A stretch of DNA of 64,000 nt from Lytechinus pictus (lineage: Eukaryota), in the NCBI RefSeq assembly GCF_037042905.1, contig NC_087252.1:13332001-13396000 (forward strand), written 5' to 3'. The position numbers and the translations under genes were made by a program. Below, in pieces: positions 1 through 13,285 of this stretch. The notes under the pieces are model-generated. The model saw only the letters and a list, made by a program, of their open reading frames with translations. It searched no databases and was not told the DNA's origin. Positions within the stretch are counted from its first letter, which is position 1, and each line of letters begins with the position of its first letter.

Positions 1-252
1 GGGTGGGGGTGTGAGTGGTTCTATAGTTTTCAAATTAAGCTTTGGTTTCCATTTTTGAGAAGACGGAGGCATGCATGGAAGTAATAAATCAGCCTTTTCT
101 GTGAGAAATGTTCTTGAGTCATTCCTACACATGACGATTCAAAGAAAAGCTAAGAGATTATGTAAGTAAGACAGGAGACTACAAAGCATTTAATGCATTT
201 TTTTTTCATTTCCAGTCCTTTCATTTCCATTACACAGTAAAAACCCTGTTAA

Positions 253-1991
253 TAGGAGTGGGCTATAAATGGGTGATTTTTGGTTTTACTGTGGGAACAG
301 TTTTTTGTGTTCCTTTTACCTTATCTCAACATGAAATGACAATATTTTTTGTCTCGGGTCCGAGAAAAAAGTGTGCCGGGCCAAAATCCAAAATGGCCGC
401 CAAAACCCCCCAAAATCACAGTTTTGGCCACAACTTTTTTATTTGGTGGTCATTTTCTATGGTTTTGGTGTCTATTCATATGTTTTTGGGGGCAGGCAAT
501 TTGTTTTTCCTATAATTAGTACTTTTAAACCATTATTTGTAGAGTTAAAAGGTAATTATACCTAAATTTTCCCATTTTTGTAACCTTTTTTCAGCCAAAA
601 AGTGGGTTTTATCATCCTGGGGTTCTGGGATATTAGATGGTACGAGGTCAACAATAGCAAGCAGCTTCATGTAGCTATATTGCTTTTATTCCTCCACTTT
701 GGGTTTTACGGATATTTGTGAAATATATCTTATCAAATAAAAGAAAATGTCATTTATCCATAGGGGCTATACGGTGTACAATGCACTGTACATACTACAC
801 TGCATATATCCATGCATTGACCACCATGGAATATGACAAGGCCTGTATATATAAACTATAGAGTATAGTGTCATAGAAATGAGCTTCAAATGTTTAGAAT
901 TAGATTGTAAATTTGATTCCTTGTCAGCTGATGTACATGGTGAAACCAGTAACGTAAATTAAACTTACATGTACATGTAAATATCACATACATGTATATA
1001 CTGTACATGTATACGTACATCACATTTTTAGCCATATCTTCTTCATTTGGAGGCTTTTTTTTAAACCTGGTTCTGGTGTCTAACTGCCTGGGCCTATGTT
1101 TATGGGGTCAGGTAACTACTAGTATCATGGTAACGCTGATCAACAGCCAATCAGAATAAAGGATTGCATGCAAGTTACCATTAAGTTAAGTACTTAACAT
1201 AATGGTAAATCTTTATGCAACGGGGCCCAGAATAGCTACATTGTAAATTACCTCTCTCCGCCCCCTGAATTAGCATATTTGACAAAACATGTCCTCAATT
1301 TCTGAGACAAAACACATCTTCAATTTCTGAGGCATCTAATTCTAAACCTGAGAGCTCATTTCTATGACACTATAGTTTATACAAGCCTTGTTATCTGTCA
1401 TGGTGGCCAATGCATTTATGCAGTGCAGTATGTATGTACAGTACATTGTATATATGTATACTGTATAGCCCCAATGGATAATTGACATTTTTTTATTTAA
1501 TAAGATATATTTCACAAATATCCGTAAAACCCAAAGAGGAGGAATAAAAGCAATATAGCTATATGAAGCTGCTTGCTATTGTTGACCTCATACCATCTAA
1601 TATCCCAGAACCCCAGGATGATAAAACCTACTTTTTGGCTGAAAAAAGGCTACAAAAATTGGAAAATTGAGGTATAATTACCTTTTAACTCTACAAATAA
1701 TGGTTTAAAAGTACTAATTATAGGAAAGACAAATTGCCTGCCCCAAAAAACATATGAAAAGACACCAAAACCAGAGAAATTGACCACCAAATAAAAAAAT
1801 TGTGGCCAAAACTGTGATTTTGGGGAGTTTTGGCGGCCATTTTGGATTTTGGCCCGGCACACTTTTTTCTCGGACCCGAGACAAAAAATATTGTCATTTC
1901 ATGTTGAGATACATTACAAGGAATAAAAAAAACTGTTGTCATATTGAAATTACAAAAAAAGTATTTTTGACCCATGTATAGCCCACTCCTA
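253..1991. mobile_element. Foldback-type non-autonomous DNA transposon with ~650-bp inverted arms
   Basis: Arms ~253-905 and ~1335-1991 are reverse complements. Termini TAGGAGTGGGCTATA/TATAGCCCACTCCTA; 7-bp direct repeat CTGTTAA at 246-252 and 1992-1998. The mirrored ORFs 258/371(+) and 1650/1718(-) arise from this symmetry. Confidence 0.9.
1088..1230. mobile_element. Short MITE (GGGCCCCGTTGCATAAA family, CWG flanks) in the foldback spacer
   Basis: Right end TTTATGCAACGGGGCCCAG, degenerate left end CTGGGCC. Related to 18309-18440 and 47529-47685. Confidence 0.6.
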
Positions 1992-3373
1992 CTGTTAAAC
2001 ATTTTTATACAACAATTTTCATAAACCTTACAGTAATTGTTTAAGCAGTTTAAACAAATGTATAAATTCTTAAACAAAGTTTAAGTTTTACTACTTAAGG
2101 TGTTGTAACTGCTGAACAGGTACTGTAAGGTTCATATTGTAGCATTGTATAAAGTTTAAAGTGTTTCTTTACTGTGTAATTCTTGGCTTTGAGAATTTGT
2201 CCCAAGCAATTAACAAAAAAGGTCATCAAAATTGTGTCATTGGGGCTCTCTGCTAAACTTTCTATTGAGGCATATTATTCATGTAAAAATAGCAGTCCAG
2301 AAATGGCAATTACGGGTAATACTGTCTGTAAGTCGACCTTCCATAAGTCAAATAATCGCCTAAGTCAAAGCAAGTTTTTTAGACCAAATTAATCAAAACA
2401 TTCAATCAAATTTGGTTCATTAGATATAAAACAGAATACAATGCTGTAGTCCGAATACCAATTGTGCAATGATTACATTAAATATTTTTTACATTTGAAG
2501 ATTGTATATACACTTAAAATTATTCACATTTAAATGAGAAACAATTGATTGATTGAGACATGTATAAGTGAGATTTTAGTAGATAATACCAGCCTGGGTT
2601 CTGATAATTGTGTATTGGAAAAGAAGCTGTTTTAAACTTAAAATCATATAACAAAAAGGTAAGAAATATGATCGGGTGTCAACATGGCAATCATCCCAGT
2701 GATAGCTAGCTTTCTCACGCAACGCACGTGTTATATACATGTACTTCTACTAAGTTGAATTTCGCTATGCTACGTTGTACAGATTTTTCTTGTCCCAAGA
2801 GATACAACTTAAGCAGAGTTACCTGTACACCTAAAATGTGTTATTAAATTATTATAAGGATCAGCTAAAAGTATTTGGAGAATGGAGATGATATATTTTT
2901 GATTGACAGAACATCAGAAATGATGGCCGCTGTCTGGTATGATAAGAATGCAAGGCAGTTATACTACGGAGGTGTCGGTTACATTTTGATCACCGTTTAT
3001 GATATGGGACATTCCAACTAACAGGGGTTTAAGTATTTGCAATTATAAATGACAACCAATTAAATCTTGAACAGGAAACAATAGAATACAAATCACCCCT
3101 CTATACTATCAACCAAATGAGATGGAGATGATGATTAGATGAAAGTGATGATGTCATAATTGATGGAAATATGCAACAAATAACAAGCAGGAAAGGAAAA
3201 AAATTGAGTAGATGCGGGTGGGGAAAATGGAATTTTTAAGATATTGCTTACAAAGGAGACCAAAAACAATTATACCGGGCATGTTCTCTCATGTATATTG
3301 TTATTTATACCCATCAACACAAGATGAAATGAAAAATGAAATGAAATCAACAAATATCCTAACATAATAAGTA

Positions 3374-4109
3374 CAGTCCGACCTCTCTTATCCGGACACG
3401 TTGGGACCAGCACCAATCCGGATAAGGGATTTATCCGGATCTGGGAGACCCAATATTAAATACACGCAGCTGCCTCCGCAATAGAAGCTGCACGTAGTCT
3501 ATTTAGTGGGCATACACAGACAGTATTCACTGCAGTGTCAGTGCAAATTATAGGCGGTATTTTTACGGAAATAAAATCGATTGGTGGCCAAAACTGTTGG
3601 ATAATTTACCTGCTCAAATGATTGAGGTATAAATCGAGCATACTTCGAAAGAAAGAGAATGAATGACTCGATGAAACTAAGTTTTACAATAAGATCATCG
3701 CCGCGGCTATCGCAGCTTCGCAATGTCAGCCATTGTTACACTGACTGTAGGCTTAAACATGATAGATGGCGCTGTCCGTATTGAGGCCTAGCGTTAGCTA
3801 GTGAGACATGTGTTGTTTTTCCCGGGAAACAAAAAGAGAACGTGATGAAATGTTTACATTGCGCCCCATTTTCCTGGAAAATTATCCTGCCTAAGTTCTT
3901 TCGGTGATTTGGATGAGATATTTTCATGAAAAATAATGTTGTTTTAGGTAGACTATATTGAAAAAATATATTTTATCAAAGGGAGTTTGCCTATAGGATT
4001 GAGTGAAGATTGCCATCTCAATTTACTCACGTACTAAATCTCGGCAAATGTGCGTCCGGATAATAGAGAGATCCGGATAAGGGGAGGCCGGATAAGAGAG
4101 GTCGGACTG
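3374..4109. mobile_element. Tc1/mariner (pogo/Tigger-like) MITE
   Basis: TIR CAGTCCGACCTCTCTTATCCGG / CCGGATAAGAGAGGTCGGACTG, TA on both flanks, subterminal TCCGGATAA repeats. Confidence 0.9.
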
Positions 4110-6619
4110 TATAACTTTTTACATTAAAGCTGGATCGAGTTTCTTTTGAAATTAAACTATCCACAATAGTCTATCATGCAATAAGCATCTACAGAAGGCT
4201 TCATGTAAAATACTGTAGGTTAATCCTAATTTTCACTTTTCTGCAATATGCATACTTGATATCGGCCTTGTAATTAATTCACAGGTGCGTGCAATTACCA
4301 TGACAGCCACTGCATACCTTGTCACAAACCATAAACTGTAGACAACTATAAAAGTATGCACAGCCCCTTTTGATCCAAATATGATAGAGCCCCCCCCCCT
4401 CCTCCTCCCTGCAAGTGACATGCCTACCCCCCCCCTCCACCCCACAAATAAAAAGGAAATGAAAAGAAATAAAAGAATAATAATGAAGAGAAATAAACAA
4501 ATAAGATAAATTGAAATATGCCTAAACATATTAACAATAATATTGATTATAATAAGAGTATAAAAATAACAAAAGTAAATAAAAAACAGAAATAAAAACA
4601 AAAACAAAGATATCATCTAGATTTTTCACTTTTAAATATATAATAAAACTATTTACAATACTGATTATAACAGTATAAAATAACAAATGTAAATGAAACC
4701 AAAAATAAAACAAAAACAAAAAGATATCATCTACACTTTTTTAAAATGATAATTCAAATATTTCTCAAAGCTAGGAACAGTACATGCCAAAAGAGTGACC
4801 TCGGTTTAGGACAGTTTAGGACCTACATCTCCTCTTGAATTATGCAGCACAACGAGAGAAAAACAATATTTTGACTTAATGAATTATTTCCACGTGGTGA
4901 AATATGAATCCAGGCGTATTTGTTTCCCCACAAACAAAGACAAACCATTTATCTCGACAAACAATCTCTGGTTATAGTGAATCCACATTATCACTTTCCC
5001 TCAAGTGCTTTTTGCTGTAAATTCCATGTATAGTCACATTCTAAAAAATAACAAACAAATTCCTCTACAGAATGCAAAGATTGACATCCATGTAAACTCC
5101 ATATATGGTCACATTCTCAAAAATAATGATACATACTCCTCTCCACTTTACTGACTGTAATAAACAAGTTTGCAACATTGAAGTACCTTGCTTGTAAATC
5201 AAGGCGAATAAAAATGACATCTGGTCTAGACGCCCAGTAAATGTCAAAACACACCGGATATATTTTGGTCCTTAGGATTCTGAATGAAGCGAGGTATATA
5301 CATGTAAACATTCGGCACGCGTGGGTGAGGGGTTTTGGATAAGTGTGATGGTTTGTGATGATATTGGTAAATGAATACACAGCACGTGCACAAAGTTTCC
5401 CTCTCTCTAGTCTCCCTTACCAGACACTCATGCTTCATTCTCATTCTAAACAAACTAATTTACACAGAAGGACAAGTCTTGCAAATGCTTGGATTTTTTT
5501 TTTCCTTCCTGATAACATCGGAGGGGGAAATTACATCTCGAAAATATAACTGGCAGACACACTCAACCAATCCGTACAAGCTTTATAGGGTTTCACAAGT
5601 TACCCTAAACATAAATGAAGAAATTCCAGAAAAGTTCCCCTCTAATTTTCTTTAAAATATATACCCATTTCCAATAATTTAAAAGTTCTTGACACCATAC
5701 AAAAGTGAAACACACATATCGCATCTTATTCTTAACCAGGAAAAATAATGAGTATACTAGGTAACCCCCCCCCCCCCACTTCCCCTGGCATTTTCCTTTT
5801 AGTGTGCGTGTGCTCTGTTATTGTTATGTTTTTTTATGTGTATTAGTACTTTATACCACACTATAGAACAATGCAAAATCTATTTCACCTTATGAAAGAA
5901 TTTCCTCATATGGTAACTAAATAATTTTGAATAGTTTTCTCACTATAATAATTTTTTTAATCTGTTATTTTAGGCCCCATCTGCTTTTCCCCAAGATACG
6001 CCCTTCCCTCAACCCCTTCACTTTGGCCCTCCACTTTGGCCCTCATTACTGAGCCAAGTTTAGAACAAACTTCTCTCTTTATATTATAGACCTACTCATT
6101 CATATCGTCCGCCATCGCCCATTCGCCTACAACACGCCAAAAATAGAAATCATTTATCTGACCTTACTAACATTTCTAGACAGCAGTTTGTTTCAAATTG
6201 TGAATCACTTCCCCAGATGGGGTAATAAATAGCAAATCATATTAAAAGACCCTTATCATAAAGCAATATTAAACAATTTAACAGGAAGATCTCTTTGTCA
6301 AAGCAGACATGTAGGTCAACAATTATGTATGACTGGATTCTTTATATAAACTCATCAAATTACAGATATCTCAGATTTCAGGGGTTTAAAAGCCTTCTGC
6401 AATCTTATTTAAATCTTTGTTATTTTTTATTCATTTATTATTAATATAATAATTGAATGAACATGTATACATGGTATACTTCATTCATAGTGATGTCAAT
6501 TATATTTTTCATACATGTTTAAAGGTTTGTGCAACTATCTTATCTAATATTGTTGTTCTGAGTTTTATTATCAAACTGGGTCTAATGGAACACCATCAAT
6601 TTGGTGATATGTGCCACCC

Positions 6620-6745
6620 TTTATAAATAAATAGATAAAATAAAATAAAGGAATGAATGAATAAAGAAATAAATAAATACATAAATAAATGAATAAACAA
6701 ATAAATAAATATATAAATAAATAAATAAATATATATATAAATATC
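6620..6745. repeat. Degenerate (AAAT)n microsatellite
   Basis: Visible ATAA/AAAT reiteration. Confidence 0.85.
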
Positions 6746-7511
6746 AAAATATACAAAAACAATTGAGTTGATAATCAAATGCAGATCAGCTGTGACAGAG
6801 ACATAAATAATCGTAATTGATTGAGATATGCAATAAAAATAGTGAAATAGATTTCTGTATTTTGACAGGTCCTCTACAGGAATTCTCTTATACACTAATT
6901 ACCAATCAAAAGATTGATGATATAAAAAGATCAAATAATTATCATAATTTATTATAAGAAAAGAAAATAACACCTGCCCCCCCCCCCTCCCCCCCCCCCC
7001 AAACAAAAAAGTGCAAAAAATCAAGATTTTAACAAAATGATTAAAGCAATCTTTTCTTGAAACTGAATGCTACTTTTTAACATAATATCACAAGTTTGGT
7101 AGATATGAATTTAACAAATAAGTTCAACAAAAACTTTTTTTCCATACCACAGATGTATAACCTTTTAAAACACAGCTATTCAAAATTATATAGGCTATAT
7201 GAATACTTTCAGACAAAATAATTGTATATTCATCAGTTAAATGTCAATTAGCTAATGAAGTCACTCCATGGCAATATACAGTGTTATCGTTTGAGCAAGG
7301 AGCTTCAAGCTCCTTGTTTTGAGTGTAAGCCTGCATGATAAACACTTATAAGCGAAGTTAATTATCATAATTTATGTACAGTATAATATGTGTACTTGGG
7401 AATTCTGCTTGTGTGACGAAAATCTTTCAGCACTCAATCCTCAATCATGAAATAAGTTATAATAGTACAAACTCTTTGTCCATGAAAACTCACCTCCCAT
7501 CAAAAGAACAC

Positions 7512-7675
7512 CTGGGCCCGGCCGTAACACAAAGGTTAGCGATCAATTGCGTATTTGAAAGAACAATTCTGATTGGTTCATAGTCAGTCTACTGACAAAA
7601 TGCGCATGCAACAGTGGTCTTGATAGGCCATTTCATTTACTAATTAATCGCTAATCTTTGTGTTAAGGGGCCCAG
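7512..7675. mobile_element. Short MITE (CCGTAACACAAA family)
   Basis: TAACACAAAGGTTAGCGAT ... ATCGCTAATCTTTGTGTTA inverted pair with CTG/CAG flanks. Confidence 0.75.
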
Positions 7676-7992
7676 ATCTGTATGGATAGACTTGATAAAA
7701 TTGAGAATTTACGTAAAGTGTATAAGGACCTGTACAAGACAACATCTCTCTCCAAACGTCTTCTGGAGAGAGCAGCGCAACTATCATTAATAGACCCTTG
7801 CTGATTTTCGCTAGGATAGGCTAGAAATGAATTTGAATGCCCAGGATGCTTTGAATACCATCATGAAAGAAGAGTTGTGTATGTTACAAGAGAGGAAGGT
7901 TTCATGGGGTATACAAATTCCAAACACAGTTTCTCCCAACATGACATTCTTCCATTACTCCTGAAGGAAGGGGTATCGAGAAGATAAGAGAT

Positions 7993-8127
7993 CAGGGGCA
8001 CCGTAACACAAAACTTAGCAATGATCGTAGAACATTTTCTACGACTGATTCCATAGACTACGATGTACGATCAATCGTAGAAATCAAGCGTATGATTAAT
8101 CGCTAACCTTTGTGTTACGGGACCCAG
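7993..8127. mobile_element. Short MITE (CCGTAACACAAA family), PIF/Harbinger-like
   Basis: CAG|GGGCACCGTAACACAAA ... TTTGTGTTACGGGACC|CAG; CAG duplicated. Confidence 0.8.
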
Positions 8128-8595
8128 GAGGAATTTGTTGTTGTTGTTGATTAATGGCGCATTGGCAAGTTTGTGTCCTACACATCATTCTCTGTTGTAC
8201 AACGCCTACTTAGCTTGTTGTACGCGAGCAAATGGGAGGCTGAATGTCAAACATTCGTACCGTTGCACAAAAGACGTACCATCCAAAATGTACCGTCCAA
8301 AATGTACCGTTGCACGGCTTTAGGAGGTGACGTCACAATACGATTCAATTCATTGCGCTCAGTAAAAATGCAGGTGCAATACGCGTATAGCCTGCTGGCT
8401 AAATGCGCAATGCTGCTATGGTTTCATATCCATTATCACGATTAGCCTATAGAGGTAAAAAGAAAGCCTCTGTATACATCTGATTCGTAAAAGTAATTAG
8501 CCAAATTGCTTGGCATGTACAAGAATAACTGTCAAATGTTATTAGGTGTGAAATAGCTGCCTTATGTTTATATCAAATTTTCATCATACATGTAC

Positions 8596-8776
8596 CTGTG
8601 CGATCATGGTTTCCTGATTTGCAAACAACTCTTACAGTCAACTGGACAGGGATCCAACTTGACAAATTCAAAATCTAAAGCAAGCTTTGTTGACAGTAAA
8701 AATGTCACCCCTTCTTTTACGAGAATCATATTCATTTTCTCCTCTTTGTTCTTCCATATCCCTGTCCTGTGTAGAC
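8596..8776 (-). other. Candidate spliced exon (5' UTR plus possible first four codons MIAQ) of an unidentified minus-strand gene
   Basis: Minus strand reads ttggttctttttcacag|GTCTAC...GGAAACCATGATCGCACAG|gtacat: strong polypyrimidine acceptor, CAG|GT donor, AACCATG context at 8607, non-repetitive sequence. Confidence 0.5.
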
Positions 8777-8904
8777 CTGTGAAAAAGAACCAAATATTTA
8801 AAAAAGTGACAACCCTCCCCCCCCCAAAAAAAAAAAAAAAAGCTTGTACAGGCTTGCAGTTTCCTATAAAAAAAATAAAAAAATTAGTGATAAGCATGTA
8901 AAGG

Positions 8905-9207
8905 CAGACCTGCCAACCTCTGGGAATGAAAAATTGTATTCTGTGATAACAAAAACTGTATTTCCCCCCAAAAAAACTGGGGCATTGAGCGTGTCAGTTT
9001 GCGGAAGTGCCGATCTATGCCAGTGCCACTGAGCTTCCAAATCGTTTTATAGTATGGAACACCAAAATCGCAAATATTTTTTTTTAACATAAAAAAACAT
9101 ATTTTTTAACTTGAAAAATCATATTAAAATACAGAAAAATAGTATGCCCGTATTTTAATTTAAAAATCGTACTAAATACGGGAAAATCGTACTGGTTGGC
9201 AGGTCTG
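8905..9207. mobile_element. hAT-like MITE
   Basis: Perfect TIR CAGACCTGCCAACC / GGTTGGCAGGTCTG; flanks share TAAAGG (imperfect TSD). Confidence 0.8.
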
Positions 9208-9751
9208 TATTAAAGGCATGCACGTTGGATTGTATACAGTTATACACTGTACACACAAGTCCCGATGGGGTTTTATGGTAAGGTTCTAGTTCTGACATAG
9301 CAAGCACCTTATCAAGTATGCATCTGTAAGGTACATCCTCTTTCTCTCACCTTCTCGCCCCCCTCTCCAGGAAAACATCTAGATTACCACAGGTTTAGAG
9401 TTAGGAGGCACATCATAATTACAGAGAGAAGCATGGCATTTGAAATAGTTATCAGATGCTACCCAGGTATTGTACATAGAACTCAATTCAAGTTAGCTCC
9501 ATGGTTTTATAGTTAATAACCCTTTCAAATTCATATTAACTAATCCTAAACGAAATTTCCTCAACATCTTCTTTGTATTTATTTTATTGTTTGGTCTCGG
9601 GGTGGAGCAGAGCTAGTAGTGAGGACCCAGCAATTAAAATTGCATACATGAATTCAGATATATACATATATAATCTGCATTGTTTGAGAATCATGTTCAT
9701 AAAAAATTGTACAGATTGAGTGGCGATTGGATCCTCCTCTTGCCAGCACTG

Positions 9752-10508
9752 ATACTGCTTTCACACCAAAGTATGGTAGCAAAGACCTTACCTAGCACAT
9801 GATGAAACCATAATGTGCAGGGTTCCCAGCTTTTCAAGAAAACGAAATTCCCTGATTTTTCCCTGATTAAGTTTTAAAATTCCCTGATAATCATTTAAAC
9901 CCATTCCCAGTCTCTGTGCATGTTTTCCAAGTTGTTGCAGTGAATTACATGTATTTTCAGTATAAAAACAATAGTGTAAAACTAATTAGTACCACCATAT
10001 CCAGTCATTCAATGGATGTTGTTATGATATGCAAAAAAAAATAACAGAGGCTGAATGACTACCGTGCTTTTGACTTTTGGGCTGATCAAAATACCCTCAT
10101 ATTTCGCTCATTTGAGGCATTTTTCCCTGATTTCAGGTACCCTGATATTTCCGACTGGAAAAAAGTAAAACAATTTTCTCTGATTTCCCTGATGGGCTGG
10201 GAACCCTAGTATAAAAGCATTTCATCGTACTCAGCGACCAATGTTTTAGGTCAAAAACGATCACTCGCTGAGTCCGACCTAAGAGGTACTTCAGCGACCG
10301 ATGAAAGCCTGATGTGAAATCGCATCGTACTCAGCGACCGATCAAAATGCAATGACCCCCCATACATTCCCAGGCGCTATCTCTACTTCCGCTTCCGGCT
10401 AGGTCAGGTATACAGCGACCGATTGCTCTGACCCTGACCAAATTTTGACAGCGGTGTGAAAGCACGTCCTACAGTCTCTGCGACCGTACCTTGGTGTGAA
10501 AGTGGTAT
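9752..10508. mobile_element. PIF/Harbinger-like MITE hosting a nested hAT-like MITE
   Basis: ATACTGCTTTCACACCAA / TTGGTGTGAAAGTGGTAT inverted ends; internal repeated CAGCGACCGA motifs. Confidence 0.7.
9818..10208. mobile_element. hAT-like MITE nested in 9752-10508
   Basis: CAGGGTTCCCAGC / GCTGGGAACCCTA ends; repeated TTCCCTGA subterminal motifs; TSD not clear. Confidence 0.75.
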
Positions 10509-10517
10509 TAGATAATC

Positions 10518-10682
10518 TGGTGGGCGTTTCATGAAGCTGTAAAGTTACCCACAAATTTACGCATGACTGGAACATGTTCTTAGGTGCAGAGTCAGCTACA
10601 TAGGGATCATTTAGCTCAAGAAAGTGTCACCAAGTCACGAGTTCAGTCATTTGTAAGTTAAGAACAGCTAATACCGGCCTGG
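10518..10682. mobile_element. Degenerate copy of the 33404-33570 MITE family
   Basis: CTGGTGGGCGTTTCATGAAGCTG start and TAAGAACAGCT near the end resemble the 33.4-kb copy. Confidence 0.55.
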
Positions 10683-11248
10683 ATCATTAGTATCAATACT
10701 ATCATTATTTCATATGTGAGGTCTATTTATCCATCTCTAAAGAGAAGCAACATAACAGTTCAATCCCCTAAAAGGCAACATGAAATAACAAGGGGCTACA
10801 GAATAGAATTGTTACACTACATAGATGGAATATCTTGGCATATGCTATCGAACAACTGTGTGATCTTAGTTAGATATAGAGTTCCTGTATAGATTTCCTG
10901 TTGACATTTGCTCTTCTTCTGACGTCAAAAATCATACTATTGGGACAAACTCTCACAAGAACCTGGGGAAATATTAAAACTGAGGGTGTGAAATTCACCT
11001 TTTCCGAAGAAGTTATTAAAACATAGTTGAGCTAAAATGGTTTTTTCTTTATGGCTCACAAATTGCTCTGCTACCTGTAGGTCTAGCTAACTAATTGAAA
11101 GTTTTGCCTGTGTAAACTTTATCTATGGGCTCTATTTTTCAAGGATAAATCCTTCTATTGAGCAGTCAAATCATTCTTTTTTATTAAATATTTCAATGCA
11201 AATTTGGGGGTTTTTTTTATCCAATAAAATGCCTTGCTGGAAGGGGGG

Positions 11249-12617
11249 CAGGCGCGTAGCCAGGGGGGGCGGTGGGGGCGGTCGCCCCCCCCAAAACGTC
11301 CCCAAAAAGAAAAAAAAAAGGGGAAAAAGAGAGGAGAAGAGGAAAAGCGAAGAGAGGAAAGGGAAGAAAGGTAGCTTTGTGGGTTTTTCTTTTTATTCTT
11401 TATTTTTTTTTCTCAAAAAAAGAAACTCTGAGACTCTTGCTCTGAATTTATATATATGAATTTTGCTTCCGCGCTGCGCGCGGTTAAATTACAATATTGC
11501 AGTTCTCCTTTGTTTCCCTCACCCTTTCTCTAACCCTGTTTTTCCACCTCAGCTATATGTGTTTCTTTCCCGTTAAAATTCAATAGGTCCATGATTAGAG
11601 TAAGGTTAGGCCGAAGTATATGAATTATCTTTTTTTTTAATTGATCGCGCAACTTCTGGTCGGGTCGGCTCCGGGCGGGTAAAATCTTTATCTCAATTTC
11701 TGCCGTCACCTCCATATAGGCAACTTCTCCCGCTTTTCAGCTCATTACTAAACAACCATAATTTGGGGGCAAATAGGTTCCTAATTTAAAAAGAGGAAGG
11801 TATAAAATTCGTGTCGTATTAAATAAAAAAGTGCAATATTTTTTTAATCAAATTCTATTCAACTTCATGTCATTTCCCTGCACATTCATCTCCTGTCCTG
11901 TTTTGCGCCCTCAGTTTGAAATTTTGAATGACACTTAAGTTTCTTTATCATTCAAAGTGAAGCGCATCAGGATAAGTGAAATAAATTATATATCATCGTG
12001 TTTTATATAATTTCAATAATCACAGAAGTTTCAACTTTTTGCGCACTATTTTCCTTGTAATGAAGTTCAATAATCTTAGAAAATTAACTGAATCAGAGAT
12101 ATCTGCATTTGATGAAACGTCCGCCCGTTAGAAATTTCAGAGTTTCATTGCTCTGAGCGGGGAGGAATATCTTCCTCCCGGCATATATCCTTCTTCTCCT
12201 CTGTTTTGCGAGTTAAGATATGCACTGTCGCTAAATTGTTTGTAATCAAATCTGATCTTTCCAAGGGAAGTATTCAATATAACTTAGAAAATAACCTTTT
12301 AATGCTTTAAGGGGTTAATATTATTTTAATTTCTTCCATTTTATCCCTTTTTTGTTTGTTTTACAATCACTTTTGAAAACAAGGTTCAAAATCACATTAT
12401 AGTCAAATAAATTGGAGCTGATATAGGTACTAGAGACAAGGGAGGCGGCTCCTTTTTATTTCAATTTATGAAACACCGAAAGCTTCGCGCGGGAGGGGGA
12501 AACTCCCCCTCCCTGCACCCACCCCCTAGGGAGCGCGCTTCGCGCGCTCTGTAAGTGTTGGCACGCTTCGCGTGCATATACCGCCCCCTCCAAAATGAAA
12601 TCCTGGCTACGCGGTTG
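11249..12617. mobile_element. Non-autonomous hAT-like element, 1369 bp
   Basis: TIR CAGGCGCGTAGCCAGG / CCTGGCTACGCGGTTG; 8-bp TSD AAGGGGGG at 11241-11248 and 12618-12625; internal CGCGC motifs. Confidence 0.88.
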
Positions 12618-13285
12618 AAGGGGGGGGGGTGAAAAAGGGTATTTTATAATGTCTGATCTGAGAGTTATTAGGGGATGGCTGTCTTTATGGAGGGGTTTAA
12701 ATACAATTTTCTCATCTTTTCTGTTTTTCAAGTGAGAGGGGAAATTTGCATGAGGCTATATGAAGTCTCAGTGGAATAAATTCCTGAATAGAATTGGAAG
12801 TGGGGGCATTCAGTATATCATGTATGATTAGCATGTCCGGTGAAGAAGAACCCAATTTTTACACTCAAATATCTATTCTAATGCAGATCATTTTTCTCGT
12901 TTTAAGCAAAAGAAAGAATGCAGTCTCACATCACCTATTTTTTTTTAACCGTTTTCACAAACAGACTGTATGCTTTCCAACAACCATGCTCCTTATCATA
13001 ATGATTAGCCCATCCAAAAGCCATTTTCTTTTTATTTGCCCATTTTGTACAGTAGACATGACCACATTTCTCATTAATTTCACCCCCCCCCCCCCCACCG
13101 TAATATGTTTTTTTCTCAATATAAGACAAAATCACCATAAATGACATACTGTTTCAATAAAATGTAGGCGGTTACAGTAGACTATTGACCTTGCATGCTG
13201 TTAAAAATTGTAGACATTTCTATGTGGTATATAGCCTATTGCAAAGTTTCGCTCCTGAAAACTGTCATTTCATATCATCTCAATT

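Larger units (their letters stand above)
233..2176. mobile_element. CACAG-terminal MITE (CMC/EnSpm-like, 2-bp TSD) interrupted by the 253-1991 foldback element
   Basis: Ends CACAGTAAA (233) and TTTACTGTG (2176), flanked by TA/TA. With 253-1998 removed it resembles the intact ~220-bp copies at 31830-32049 and 37600-37821. Confidence 0.75.

Noticed and set aside
258..2077. Apparent paralogous ORF pairs on opposite strands
   Set aside because: They are the two arms of one inverted repeat and show no transposase motifs.
2908..3022. Plus-strand frame TSEMMAAVWYDKNARQLYYGGVG after ttgacag
   Set aside because: Short, no recognised homology and no supporting neighbouring exons.
8596..8607. Assigning a gene name from the N-terminal MIAQ
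   Set aside because: Four residues are not enough to identify a gene.
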